Shown one piece after another: positions 9,892-19,197 of a DNA stretch of 61,668 bases. Every line of letters begins with the position of its first letter. The stretch's first letter is position 1. The position numbers and the translations under genes are program-made. A model generated the notes under the pieces. That model saw only the letters and a list, made by a program, of their open reading frames with translations. It was not told where the DNA came from and made no database searches. Location of the stretch: NCBI GenBank assembly GCA_003171255.1, contig PMYK01000013.1, positions 1 through 61,668 of the forward strand. The letters run 5' to 3'. The DNA is from Chloroflexota bacterium. Lineage in GTDB: Bacteria; Chloroflexota; Limnocylindria; Limnocylindrales; CSP1-4.

Positions 9892-9934
9892 GGCCAGCGG
9901 AGGGCCTGGGGCACCGGGCGAGGACCATCCGAGA

Positions 9935-10816
9935 ATGAGCGACAACACACCCGACGAGCTTCATGTCGCCCGGTCCCACCCGGTCGGCACGAACGGACGC
10001 CCCATCCGCAAGGATGAGATCGAGATTCCCGAGCGCGGCCTCTACGTCGAGTCGTGGATGCCGGAGCGGCGCTCGCGTCGGCGGCCGCTGCTCTTCATCC
10101 ATGGCGAGTTGACGGGGTCCTGGATTTGGGATCGCTATCTGTCGTATTTCGCCAGCCGTGGTTGGGAAGGCCACGCCCTCAACCTGCGAAACCACTTCTG
10201 GTCGGAGACGGCCGAGATCGCGGCGGTCGACTTCGAGGACTATGTCGACGACGTCCTGGCGGTGATCGACAAGCTCGGCCACAACGTGGTGGCAATGGGC
10301 CACGGCCTGGGCGGCCTGCTGGCTCTCAAGGCGGCCGAGCGGCACTCGGTTGCGGCCGTGATCCTGCTCGACAGTGAGCTGCCCCGCGACCTGCGGCCAC
10401 CCGTTCGACCTCATGAATTGCGCGAGATTCCGGACGTCTACGGACGCGACCATATCGGCTGGGAGACGTTGCCGGAGAAGCTCCAGCGCCAGAACCGCGA
10501 TCTCACGATCGCCGACATCATCCGGCTGCAGCATCTCTTCGGTCAGAAGCCGCACGAATCTGGTCTGGTCAAACGCGAGGTGCTCGAGGGCATCGCCATC
10601 GATCGCGCCCGGCTCGTGGGCGTGCCTATCCTGGTTGTCGGCGCCGGCCTCGACGGCACCTCGTCCGCGACCGGCGCAGAACGGCTGGCCGACTGGCTGG
10701 GTGGCACCTATGAGCCGTTCGGCGCGCATTCTCACTACGGGCTCGTGATCGGCGAGACGAGCTTCCAGCAGGTCGCGGACGGCGTCCGGATCTTCCTGGA
10801 GTCGCACCGAATGTAG
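9935..10816 (+). CDS. alpha/beta-hydrolase fold protein with Gly in place of the nucleophile Ser
   Basis: Oxyanion HG motif (LFIHGELTG), nucleophile elbow reading GHGLGG instead of GHSxGG, and a late His (GAHSHYG). Confidence 0.7.
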   Translation: MSDNTPDELHVARSHPVGTNGRPIRKDEIEIPERGLYVESWMPERRSRRRPLLFIHGELTGSWIWDRYLSYFASRGWEGHALNLRNHFWSETAEIAAVDFEDYVDDVLAVIDKLGHNVVAMGHGLGGLLALKAAERHSVAAVILLDSELPRDLRPPVRPHELREIPDVYGRDHIGWETLPEKLQRQNRDLTIADIIRLQHLFGQKPHESGLVKREVLEGIAIDRARLVGVPILVVGAGLDGTSSATGAERLADWLGGTYEPFGAHSHYGLVIGETSFQQVADGVRIFLESHRM

Positions 10817-11009
10817 CTGGCGGCCGAGCTGGGCTCCGACTCCAGTGGACCTCGCGCCGCAGCGGGTAGCTTGACGCCGGCCGCAGCACGGCCGAGCACC
10901 GGCGTTGCGGCCGAGCGATTCCGGGTTGGCGCGCACGGCCGGCTCCTGCTATCATCCCGCCCGGTCCGCCCCCCGGCGGCCAGGTGTCCGCCAGCGGGCG
11001 GACTACGAT

Positions 11010-11086
<77 letters not shown>

Positions 11087-11100
11087 ATTCGCTGCTTTCC

Positions 11101-11137
11101 AACGCCCCCGGACCGCGCCCCGGGGGCGTTCTTTGTT
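11101..11137 (+). terminator. rho-independent terminator after tRNA-Glu
   Basis: 11-bp GC-rich stem AACGCCCCCGG / CCGGGGGCGTT with an 8-nt loop, followed by CTTTGTT. Confidence 0.7.
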
Positions 11138-11291
11138 GGCCGGGCGCCGCAGCCAGGGCCCGATAGCGGCCGGCCGGGTCGCGCCGCGACGGCAGGGGAC
11201 GACTGATCCGCTGCTAGCATGGCCTTGGGACCCGTGGGCTAAGGCCAAGGCGACAGCCGGGGCCGGGCCGCACCGACACACAGGAGATGAC

Positions 11292-11984
11292 ATGGCCGAC
11301 GATCCACAGCAAGCCGGTCAGTCACCGGAAGGCGCTCCGGGAGCCTGGCCTCCGCCGCCGCAGCTAGGCTATCCGCCGCAGCTAGGCTATCCGCCGCAGC
11401 CAGACTATCCGCCGCAGCCCGGTTATCCGCCGCAGCCGGGCTTTGGGCCGCAGCCCGGCTATCCGCCGCAGCCAGACTATCCGCCGCAGCCCGGTTATCC
11501 GCCGCAGCCGGGCTTTGGGCCGCAGCCGGGGTATCCACTGCCTAGCCCCTTCGCGCCTGCCGAGATCATGCCGCCGACGCTTGCGACCCGCTTCGAGTAC
11601 GGCGGTTTCTGGATCCGTAGTGCCGCCAACTCCGTTGACATGATGGCTCTGTACGGCCTCACGATTCTCCTGGCAGTCACGATCGTCGGTCTGTTATTGG
11701 TGCCCTTCCTCTGGATCGGCTATTTCCCGTTCTTTTGGTCCCGAGGCCAGACGCCCGGCCAGAGGATCTGCGGCCTCCGACTCGTTCGCGAGATCGACGG
11801 CATGCCGATCGACGGCGGCACGGCGATAGTCCGCTACCTGGTCGTCATCGCCGAGGTCATCGGCTGTTTCTTCCTGATCGGTATCCTCGGCTTCATCTGG
11901 CCGGCCTTCGAGTCGCGCAAGCGTGCCTGGCATGACATTGCAGCCGGCACTCTATTGGTCCACGCACAGCTTTACGCGCGATAG
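11292..11984 (+). CDS. RDD family membrane protein with a Pro-rich repeat N-terminus
   Basis: ATG 11292 preceded by CAGGAG. Hexapeptide repeats PPQ[LP][GD]Y. The RDD-type core has GFWIRSAANSVD, GQRICGLRLV and WHDIAAGTLLV. Confidence 0.75.
   Translation: MADDPQQAGQSPEGAPGAWPPPPQLGYPPQLGYPPQPDYPPQPGYPPQPGFGPQPGYPPQPDYPPQPGYPPQPGFGPQPGYPLPSPFAPAEIMPPTLATRFEYGGFWIRSAANSVDMMALYGLTILLAVTIVGLLLVPFLWIGYFPFFWSRGQTPGQRICGLRLVREIDGMPIDGGTAIVRYLVVIAEVIGCFFLIGILGFIWPAFESRKRAWHDIAAGTLLVHAQLYAR
11355..11538 (+). repeat. 18-bp coding tandem repeat with a 72-bp higher-order duplication
   Basis: CCGCCGCAG-NNN-GGC/GAC-TAT units. The blocks beginning at 11399 and 11471 are identical over about 57 nt. Confidence 0.9.
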
Positions 11985-12335
11985 TCGTTCAAGAGTAAAA
12001 AGGGCGGAGGGCTCGCAGCAACCTCCCTCTTTGGATGGCCTGGGCGGGTTCAGCGGGGTCCCAGGTGGTGCCTTTCGGGGCGGTCTGGCGGACTCTTGGT
12101 CGGTTCGCTCGGACCGCTCGAACAGGCGGTCGTCGAACGCTCGTTCTGTGGACAACTTGGTGGAATAGTTGGTGGAGAAACCCCTTCCCGGGCAGCCGGA
12201 GCCCGCCTAGGATGCATCGAGACCTGCCGCGGCGGAGAGACACGCGGGGGGACCAAATCCCGTCCTGGACCGGCCGTCTACCGTCACCGGGCTCTGGGAT
12301 TTGGTCTGGCACGGCTAGAGGAGCGAGTGCATCCT

Positions 12336-12698
12336 ATGGATTCGCGCAGGCACGAGGGCCTCAGCGCCACCGACGCCGCCCTCGACTTCGTTCGTTTCTG
12401 CCATCGGCGCAGGCGGGTGGGCTGGCCCGAGCTGTACGACGAGATGTGCCACGTCGCGAGCCGGGGCCTCTACCACGGATGGGGGTTCGGCGAGCTGGCC
12501 GAGCATGGCATCGCCTTCGGGCTGGCCGAGATGCCGCGTCTGGCGGCCTTGGTCTCGGAGGTCGTCAGCCAGGAAGCCGAGCGACGGCCTCGACTCCTCG
12601 TCGGGATGATGGCGTCGGTTCCGGCGCGCCCGGAGCCGCACGAGGAGGCGCCCGAGGAGAAGGGCCTCGTTGGCGCATTCATCGGGGCGGCGCGCTAG
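12336..12698 (+). CDS. hypothetical protein
   Basis: Good GC3 coding bias from ATG 12336, with GAGGAG upstream. The ORF is open from 12096, but the upstream part looks non-coding. No recognisable domain. Confidence 0.45.
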   Translation: MDSRRHEGLSATDAALDFVRFCHRRRRVGWPELYDEMCHVASRGLYHGWGFGELAEHGIAFGLAEMPRLAALVSEVVSQEAERRPRLLVGMMASVPARPEPHEEAPEEKGLVGAFIGAAR

Positions 12699-12817
12699 CA
12701 GGTTGAGACGCTGCGGTCGGTCGTCGAGAGAGGGCTGCGGCCTCAGAGATACCCGTTCTGGCGAACGTTGACATCGGCCGCCCCCTGCGTAGGCCCGCGG
12801 CGAGGTGCGTGAGACCC

Positions 12818-13045
12818 TCAGACGCGGAGCTGGCGGCGGGCCATCTCGCTTTCGATCTGGCGCTCAGCCTCGACGTAGGAGTCGATGCGATCGCGCAGCT
12901 CGTTGGCCGTGGGCGTGTACAGGTGGACCTGCTGCTGGAGGATGTAGCTCAGGCGGCGGCTCGTCATTCGGACGTGGTCCAGGTTCTTCATCAGGACGAG
13001 CGGGTCCATCGCGGCCAGGTCGCCGGGTTCGTACATGAGCTTCAT
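12818..13045 (-). CDS. small hypothetical protein (75 aa)
   Basis: Strong GC3 bias and a balanced, helical-looking composition (…LSYILQQQVHLYTPTANELRDRIDSYVEAERQIE…). Confidence 0.5.
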   Translation of the reverse strand: MKLMYEPGDLAAMDPLVLMKNLDHVRMTSRRLSYILQQQVHLYTPTANELRDRIDSYVEAERQIESEMARRQLRV

Positions 13046-13127
13046 GCGTCGATTGTATTGGCCCGGCGGTCGGGCGTCGCGGCACCGGCGCCCCGGCGCC
13101 CCGCTGGGGGCCTCGCCCCGGGCCGCG

Positions 13128-14681
13128 CTACAGGATGCGCGGCGAGCGCGGCGGCCAGTCCCAGTCGATCGGCAGGGTGGCGCCGTTGATGGCCCGGCGG
13201 CGACCCGCTTCGCTGGTGGACAGGATCAGGATGCGGTCCACCTTGGTGGCCTGGCCGGCTTCGTCGCCCCAGAGCTTGGTCATCTTGCGGCCGGCGGCCA
13301 CGTCGTCTGTCGCAATGCCCGCCAGTCGATAGCCTTCGGGCGCCGCGGCGAACTCCCAGACCGACTCGGCGAGACCGATGCCGCCGTTCGCTGGTCGGCC
13401 CCTATCCATCTCCACGTCGCCGATGACGAGGGCGATCACCGCATCGTCGGCCAGGGCGGACCGCAGCCCGCTCAGGACCTCGCGCATGAACACGAGGTAG
13501 GCGTCGTGGTGGTGGGCGTCGTCGAGGAGATCGTCGATGGCGGAGGCGTCGTAGCCGAGCAGCCACAGCCGCAACCAGTTGTAGTAGCCGTACTTGACGA
13601 CTCGGAGGTACGGCGGCGATGTGACCACCAGACGGGCCTTCTCGGGCAGGCCTCGGGCGCGCAGCGACTCGCCGAAGCGGACGCCGGCGTCGCGCGCGTC
13701 GCCGAGAAGGGCGATGCCGCGGGTGGCGGGCAACGGCTGGCGGTAGAGCCGGCGGAGCTTGTCGTCGAGAAGGGCGAAGGTGTCACGTTCAGGCGAGTGG
13801 AAGCCCGTCCGCGCCACGAAATCTCGGACGTAGCGCGGGGCCATGCTGAAGGTGTTTGGCATGACCGCCGACAGATAGCTCGCGCTCTTGCCGTGGAGGA
13901 TGCCCGTCAGCGTCGCCAGGATGAAGCGGTCGGTGCGATCGTCAGGGTCGAGGCCGGCCCGAAGGTAGAGCAGCTGGGCCAGCGTCCGGGGGTGGAAGGC
14001 GAGCGCGACTTCGGCCGCCACCGATGAGTCGGGACGTATGGCGATCGACCCCGTGCGCGCCTTCGATCGACCGGACGAGTCTGCGCCCGAGCCGGTGGGG
14101 GCGACAATCGGCCGACTGCCGGGGCCCGGGACCATGATCGAGGCGGAGCCCGGGTCGGCCACGATGGCGTCGGCGAGCTCGTTCCACTCACCGGCGTTGG
14201 CGGCCCAGGCGAGACGCAGCGACGCCACGCGGGTCTTGATGTCGGCCTTCGTGGGCGGATCGACCTTGGCCGCGGTCAATATGTGGGCGAACGGATTGAG
14301 GTCGTTGCCGGCGCCGATTCGGCCTTCGGCGCAAGCCTGGAGCGGCGTCGTGCCGCGTCCGCTGAACGGGTCCAGGACCACGTCGCCGGGGCGGGTGTAG
14401 CGGGCGATGAAGGCGTGGACCAGGCCGGCCGGGAAGCTCGCCAGGTACGAGCACATGGGGTGAAAGCTGTGGCCCCAGAGGCGCTGCTGGTCCTTCCATT
14501 CGGGCTCGATCGCCAGCTGCGGCAACTGGCTCGGGATCTGCAGGGCCAGCTGGCCGTCGATGATGAGATGGCGGCCGCCGGCGCGCGCCAATGCGGCTCT
14601 CGGTTCGAGTGCGTTGGGCAGGTCGGCCCGATCGAAATCGAGCGAGACTGATGCCACGATAGCGACCTCCGAAGAGCACAT
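13128..14681 (-). CDS. DNA methyltransferase (N6-A/N4-C type), no adjacent restriction gene
   Basis: SAM-binding motif I VLDPFSGRGTTPLQA comes first. About 250 aa later lies catalytic motif IV, VVTSPPYLRVVKYG. The I-then-IV order with a long spacer suggests an alpha-type permutation. Confidence 0.7.
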   Translation of the reverse strand: MCSSEVAIVASVSLDFDRADLPNALEPRAALARAGGRHLIIDGQLALQIPSQLPQLAIEPEWKDQQRLWGHSFHPMCSYLASFPAGLVHAFIARYTRPGDVVLDPFSGRGTTPLQACAEGRIGAGNDLNPFAHILTAAKVDPPTKADIKTRVASLRLAWAANAGEWNELADAIVADPGSASIMVPGPGSRPIVAPTGSGADSSGRSKARTGSIAIRPDSSVAAEVALAFHPRTLAQLLYLRAGLDPDDRTDRFILATLTGILHGKSASYLSAVMPNTFSMAPRYVRDFVARTGFHSPERDTFALLDDKLRRLYRQPLPATRGIALLGDARDAGVRFGESLRARGLPEKARLVVTSPPYLRVVKYGYYNWLRLWLLGYDASAIDDLLDDAHHHDAYLVFMREVLSGLRSALADDAVIALVIGDVEMDRGRPANGGIGLAESVWEFAAAPEGYRLAGIATDDVAAGRKMTKLWGDEAGQATKVDRILILSTSEAGRRRAINGATLPIDWDWPPRSPRIL

Positions 14682-14976
14682 CCGGCTGCCGGCCAGTGAC
14701 GGAAGAGATCGGAGTCTAGCACCGGTCGGACCGACTCACGAATGGGACCAAAGGAGGATTGCCAACATTTGCGCCCGGCGCGACGGAGCGCGTTTGGTTG
14801 GGGCTGCGGCTGGGTTGGAGGCCTCATCCGGGGCCGATCGCGGCCGTTGGCAGGTCGTCCGCCGGTCGATCGCTGGCCGACCGCCTACCCGGGCGACCGT
14901 CGGCCGGCCTTCCGCGGTTGCGCGACTTGGCCCATCACCGCCGGTCGGTTACGCTACCTGAGGCGTTGCACCCGGG

Positions 14977-15052
14977 GTCCCCGTAGCTCAGCGGATAGAG
15001 CGGCCGCCTTCTAAGCGGTAGGTCGTCGGTTCGAGTCCGACCGGGGACGCCA
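14977..15052 (+). tRNA. tRNA-Arg (anticodon TCT), CCA encoded; island integration target
   Basis: Acceptor GTCCCCG/CGGGGAC, D arm GCTC-AGCGGATA-GAGC, anticodon stem GCCGC/GCGGT with loop CTTCTAA, T arm GTCGG-TTCGAGT-CCGAC. Confidence 0.92.
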
Positions 15053-15053
15053 A
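15006..15053 (+). repeat. attL: 48-bp direct repeat (3-prime part of tRNA-Arg)
   Basis: GCCTTCTAAGCGGTAGGTCGTCGGTTCGAGTCCGACCGGGGACGCCAA is identical to 50008-50055. Confidence 0.9.
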
Positions 15054-15128
15054 ACCTGATTTCGTGAGTGGGACGACACGCCGCCTGTTGTTACGATCCA
15101 ACACGGCTGTGCTGCTATACTCCACCAC

Positions 15129-16049
15129 ATGCTAACAGGACATCCGGCAGTCGAAGTCGCAGGTGCCTATTCAGCCCTCCGCGACTCCTTTCGGCGCTCA
15201 CTTCGTGCCTCAAATCGCTCCACCAAGACCGAGAAGATCTACATCGGGGCGGTAGATCAGCTGGGCGCGTTCCTGGTCGGCCAAGGTATGCCAGTCGAAC
15301 CAGACGCGATCCGCAGGGAGCATGTCGAGGGTTTCTTGGTGGCTTTGCGCGAGCGCGGATTGGCGCCCGCGACCGTGTCGCAGACCTTTCGAGCTTTGCA
15401 GCAGTTCTGGAAGTTCCTGCTGGAGGAAGGCGAGATCAAGTCCTCGCCGATGGCCAACATCGGAAGGCCGCTGGTACCTGAGCAGCCCGTTGCTGTGCTC
15501 TCCCGGGCCGATCTGGAGAAGCTGCTGAAGGCGTGTGCCGGTACGACGTTCGCGGACCGTAGGGACATGGCCATCATGGCCCTCTTCATCGACACGGGCA
15601 TTCGGCGCGCCGAATGCGCTGGGCTTCGAGTTGAGGACGTCGACCTCGAACTCAACGTTGCCCGCGTCCTCGGTAAGGGCCGACGAGAGCGAACCGTCCC
15701 TTTCGGCAGAAAGACCGCGATGATCCTCGATCGCTATGTCCGAGCCAGGTCAAAGCACCGGTCCGCCGAGCTCCCCGCATTCTGGTTGGGACACGCGGGA
15801 GCGATGGGAGGCGATGGCATCTACCAGGTGGTGTCGGCCCGGGCGGAGATGGCTGGGATTAAGGTTCATCCGCATCAACTTCGACACGGCTTCGCCCACA
15901 GCTGGCTGGCAGAAGGCGGGAACGAAACCGACCTGATGCGCCTGGCCGGTTGGCGGAGCAGGTCAATGGTGGGGCGCTACGCGGCCTCGGCTGCCGATGA
16001 GAGGGCAAGGGCGGCTCACCGCAAGCTCTCGCCTATGGACCGACTGTAG
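15129..16049 (+). CDS. tyrosine recombinase/integrase (XerC/D-like)
   Basis: SAM-like N-domain, then catalytic R ([11 protein letters not shown]), HxxR (LRHGFAHSW) and GW...Y (MVGRYAAS). Confidence 0.9.
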   Translation: MLTGHPAVEVAGAYSALRDSFRRSLRASNRSTKTEKIYIGAVDQLGAFLVGQGMPVEPDAIRREHVEGFLVALRERGLAPATVSQTFRALQQFWKFLLEEGEIKSSPMANIGRPLVPEQPVAVLSRADLEKLLKACAGTTFADRRDMAIMALFIDTGIRRAECAGLRVEDVDLELNVARVLGKGRRERTVPFGRKTAMILDRYVRARSKHRSAELPAFWLGHAGAMGGDGIYQVVSARAEMAGIKVHPHQLRHGFAHSWLAEGGNETDLMRLAGWRSRSMVGRYAASAADERARAAHRKLSPMDRL

Positions 16050-16138
16050 CGAGGCCCAGCCAAGATGCCGAGTCGGTCAGTGCGATCAGTAGGAACAGAG
16101 CGGTATGCATATCATCGGATCAGACTAGGCGACGAGCT

Positions 16139-16546
16139 ATGAACGAGCCGACTCCCGGCCGCAGGGCTCGCATCGAAGCCCCAGATCCGGGCCAGATGTC
16201 CGCCCGCATACGCTGTTTTGGTTGCGGCCGACTGCTCGGCTGGCTCGAGCTTGAGGGGTTGCCCGGCGCAGGTGGGGCCATCGAGGTTAGCTACCGGCGC
16301 ACGGCGTTCACCGACGGCATGGTGCCTCGCGGCCGAAATGCCGCGACTAAGCTGCCCGCGTATGGCCCTCGCGGTCGAGTCCGTCAGGGGCGGGGCGGTT
16401 CCCCCAGGCGACGAGAGCCGGGCTCTCGAGGGGAGTCTTTCTGGGCCTCGCTGAAGGGTCCAGCCTACGTCTACTGCGAAGACCCCGACTGCAACCGCGG
16501 CCAGGTCGTAGATCCCGCCGATCTCGATTTGCCACCCGCTACATAG
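16139..16546 (+). CDS. hypothetical protein with a possible Zn-ribbon (CxxC ... CxxxxC)
   Basis: Moderate GC3 bias. Has RCFGCGR and CEDPDCNRG cysteine pairs. Confidence 0.4.
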   Translation: MNEPTPGRRARIEAPDPGQMSARIRCFGCGRLLGWLELEGLPGAGGAIEVSYRRTAFTDGMVPRGRNAATKLPAYGPRGRVRQGRGGSPRRREPGSRGESFWASLKGPAYVYCEDPDCNRGQVVDPADLDLPPAT

Positions 16547-16677
16547 CCAGTGCCACTCCGCTAGACTACTGACCGCGCCCGCATGAGAGCGCAACGCCTG
16601 CAAGGACGGCCAACACCCCTCAAGAGCCGCCCCGGGTCCCGTGAACCGACGTTTCGAGCGCCGGCCGAGAGGTCGGT

Positions 16678-16959
16678 ATGCCCGGAAAGCGTTCGTACGA
16701 TTCAGCCGTAATGTCACTCCGTGGTCGCATCGGCGGCCACATGACGGCGGCTCTCCACTCTCCCGTCGAAACGACTGCCAAAGCCCGAGAAGCCTTCAAG
16801 GCGAGCTTCGAGCACCAGGTCGATCCAGACGGTGCCCTTCCAGCCCACGAACGAACACGACGGGCTGAGCAGTTGCGACGTGCTCACTTCAGCCGCCTTG
16901 CCTACCTGTCGGCTCAGGCACGACGCGAGCGGGTCGGTGGAAGGACGGCCAGAGGGTGA
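16678..16959 (+). CDS. small hypothetical protein
   Basis: Coding-like composition. The stop overlaps the start of the next ORF by 4 nt. Confidence 0.4.
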   Translation: MPGKRSYDSAVMSLRGRIGGHMTAALHSPVETTAKAREAFKASFEHQVDPDGALPAHERTRRAEQLRRAHFSRLAYLSAQARRERVGGRTARG

Positions 16960-18308
16960 CGACTTCTGAGGTTCCCCCTTCCGAAAGCCGACTCAATCTC
17001 CTACAGCTGGCCGCTGATCTGGACCCGGACGGGCATGTGCAGGACGTATCTGGGGCACTTCGGCGGCTCGGCGCAAGAACTTGCGCAACGGAGTGGAACG
17101 TTGCGCGAATCTCCATCTGGGAGCCCCTGCGCCGAGGGCCAACACGTGAATCCCTAGTCCCCGGCATTCTGTACCGCCATCCGTTGGCCGCATTGAACTG
17201 CGAAGGATCCCCTGACTACAGAGACCTGATGCTGTTCCTGTTCATCGAGACGGAGTTCATGCGAGCTGGTTGTCCCGCTGACCGGACGATCAGGTTCACC
17301 CTGGCTGACGCTGCCAGAGCGATGGGCTATGGGGTCCTGGGCGGGAGCGAACGAAAGACGGCTCGGCGCGCCCTGAAGCGCCTGAATGCAGTCTCGATCG
17401 ACTCGGCGGTCCAAACGAGGTTCGGCCTCACGGGTGTGCTGGTTTGGTCGCTCATGGACGCCTACGCCTGCGGAGAAGACGTTCGCGTCCGCGTCTCGCA
17501 GGAGGTTGCGTACCTCATCACTCACGGCTGCGTCACCTTCTATGACCAACCGACACTCGGTGAACTCTTGAGGCGAGATCTGGTTGCGGCCCGTCTGTGG
17601 GTCTTCCTTGAGTCGGAGCGGCTCGACAAACTCAGGCGCTATCGCATGTTCGGAGCCGAGCCCGAGGACCCGGCGGAGAACTGGCTCCCCCCAATCACGA
17701 GACTGCTCGGCCTCCGAGATGCGAAGAGGAGCCGCGTGTTGACACGCCTCGGACGAGCGTTCGCAGTCATCGGGGAGTGCGATCGTTGCTACAGCCTGTC
17801 TGTGCGGCCTTCTGCTGACGGCAACGACTGGATCCTGCTGGCTCGGAAGCGCGCGCGCGGAACCGCGCCAGTAGACTCTCCACCGGCCAGACGGAAAGCG
17901 CCGGATGCCAGGGCGAATGACGGTCGATCGGGCGGGCAGATGGGGCCCGGCGTCAGGGCGAATGACGGTCGATCGGGCGGGCAGATGGGGCCCGGCGTCG
18001 GGGCGAATGAAGCCCCAGGCCCAGCACGAAATCGACCGTACCGTCGTCGTACATCCGATTCTACAGACGCCTATTCCGTCGTCTCCGACTTAGGTGATAC
18101 GACGTTGTCGAGTGTCCCTCTCGCGGAATGGATGCGCCGGAGTGGGATGGACGAGCGGTTGCTCCAACAGCTCAGTTGCCACGGGATGACAGATCAAGAT
18201 CGTCCGCGGGGTCGGGGCAAGAGGGATAGAGCACGCGAGAACGACGTGGTCGGGACGGTTCGATTTGCGCAGCGGCAGGTCGACCATCCCGAAGAAGGTG
18301 TCGCGTGA
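16956..18308 (+). CDS. hypothetical protein, possibly a RepA-like winged-helix replication initiator of the element
   Basis: The N-terminal two-thirds resembles replication-initiator wHTH proteins only loosely (FTLADAARAMGYG...RRALKRLNAV). The C-terminal third is disordered and holds a 15-aa tandem repeat. Confidence 0.35.
   Translation: MTTSEVPPSESRLNLLQLAADLDPDGHVQDVSGALRRLGARTCATEWNVARISIWEPLRRGPTRESLVPGILYRHPLAALNCEGSPDYRDLMLFLFIETEFMRAGCPADRTIRFTLADAARAMGYGVLGGSERKTARRALKRLNAVSIDSAVQTRFGLTGVLVWSLMDAYACGEDVRVRVSQEVAYLITHGCVTFYDQPTLGELLRRDLVAARLWVFLESERLDKLRRYRMFGAEPEDPAENWLPPITRLLGLRDAKRSRVLTRLGRAFAVIGECDRCYSLSVRPSADGNDWILLARKRARGTAPVDSPPARRKAPDARANDGRSGGQMGPGVRANDGRSGGQMGPGVGANEAPGPARNRPYRRRTSDSTDAYSVVSDLGDTTLSSVPLAEWMRRSGMDERLLQQLSCHGMTDQDRPRGRGKRDRARENDVVGTVRFAQRQVDHPEEGVA
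17909..18010 (+). repeat. 45-bp tandem repeat, about 2.3 copies (encodes RANDGRSGGQMGPGV)
   Basis: Units 17909-17953 and 17954-17998 are identical, followed by a partial third unit. Confidence 0.95.
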
Positions 18309-18323
18309 GCTGCGGCCTCTCCA

Positions 18324-18959
18324 ATGAGTGAGACGAGGGCACTGTCCGTCATTCCGCAAGGCGCTTCGCTCGTCGACCGCGAGCCGCAGGTCGTTGCTTG
18401 GGTCGATGAGCAGACCGACGCCCAGCTACTGCGGGAGGCTAGGGCGCTGCTTTCGGCGTGGAAGCGGCACTCCGAACGCGGATCGGCCGAGCGCGACGCC
18501 GCGATCCGACTCGACATCCGATGCGAGCGCCGCCTCGGCCAGTTGCCCGAAGCCGCTCCGAAACCGCAGGGCGGAGACCGCCGCCGTTCTGCGTCACAGC
18601 CCGTTACGCAGGTCCCGGGGGCCGAGCGTATGGCCCTGTCCCGGGCACGGGCGCTCGCCGCCATCCCGCAGGACGTGTTCGAGGAGAAGCTGGCCGAACC
18701 CAAGCCGAGCCGGGAGAAGCTGGTCGCCGTGGCGATAGTTCCAGAACCTACCGTCGACCCGGTGGCAGAGGAGTCCGCGCGGATACACCGCAACCTGAAG
18801 GGACCGAGCAAGGACTCCTGGCCCACCGCGTTCGATCCGTCGATGCTCAACGAAAAGGCGGTGCTGACGATCCGCGAGACGCAGGAGTCTTGGCGCCGCT
18901 GGTGCGACCGATGGGACGAGGCGCTGGCTTCTGTCCCGCAGATGAGGAGAGTGAAGTGA
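18324..18959 (+). CDS. hypothetical protein
   Basis: Coding-like composition, co-directional with the preceding element genes. Confidence 0.45.
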   Translation: MSETRALSVIPQGASLVDREPQVVAWVDEQTDAQLLREARALLSAWKRHSERGSAERDAAIRLDIRCERRLGQLPEAAPKPQGGDRRRSASQPVTQVPGAERMALSRARALAAIPQDVFEEKLAEPKPSREKLVAVAIVPEPTVDPVAEESARIHRNLKGPSKDSWPTAFDPSMLNEKAVLTIRETQESWRRWCDRWDEALASVPQMRRVK

Positions 18960-19197
18960 CCGAGTAGTTGGCCTCGAGCTCGAAGAGCCAACGCAAGTCC
19001 GGCTCAACCCCTGCGCCGGGCTCCGCCGGGCTCCGCCAGCCGGGCTTCTCACGAGGGAAGGCAGTTCTGGGTCGGCGCCAGGCTGCGGGGCCTTCCGTGG
19101 CCATGCGCCAACGATCAGCTGCCAGATCAGCTGCCAGGGGAAGCTTCAGTCCGGCTCGCAACGAAAGGCTGCGGGCCGACAGGATTCTCTTCGCAGC

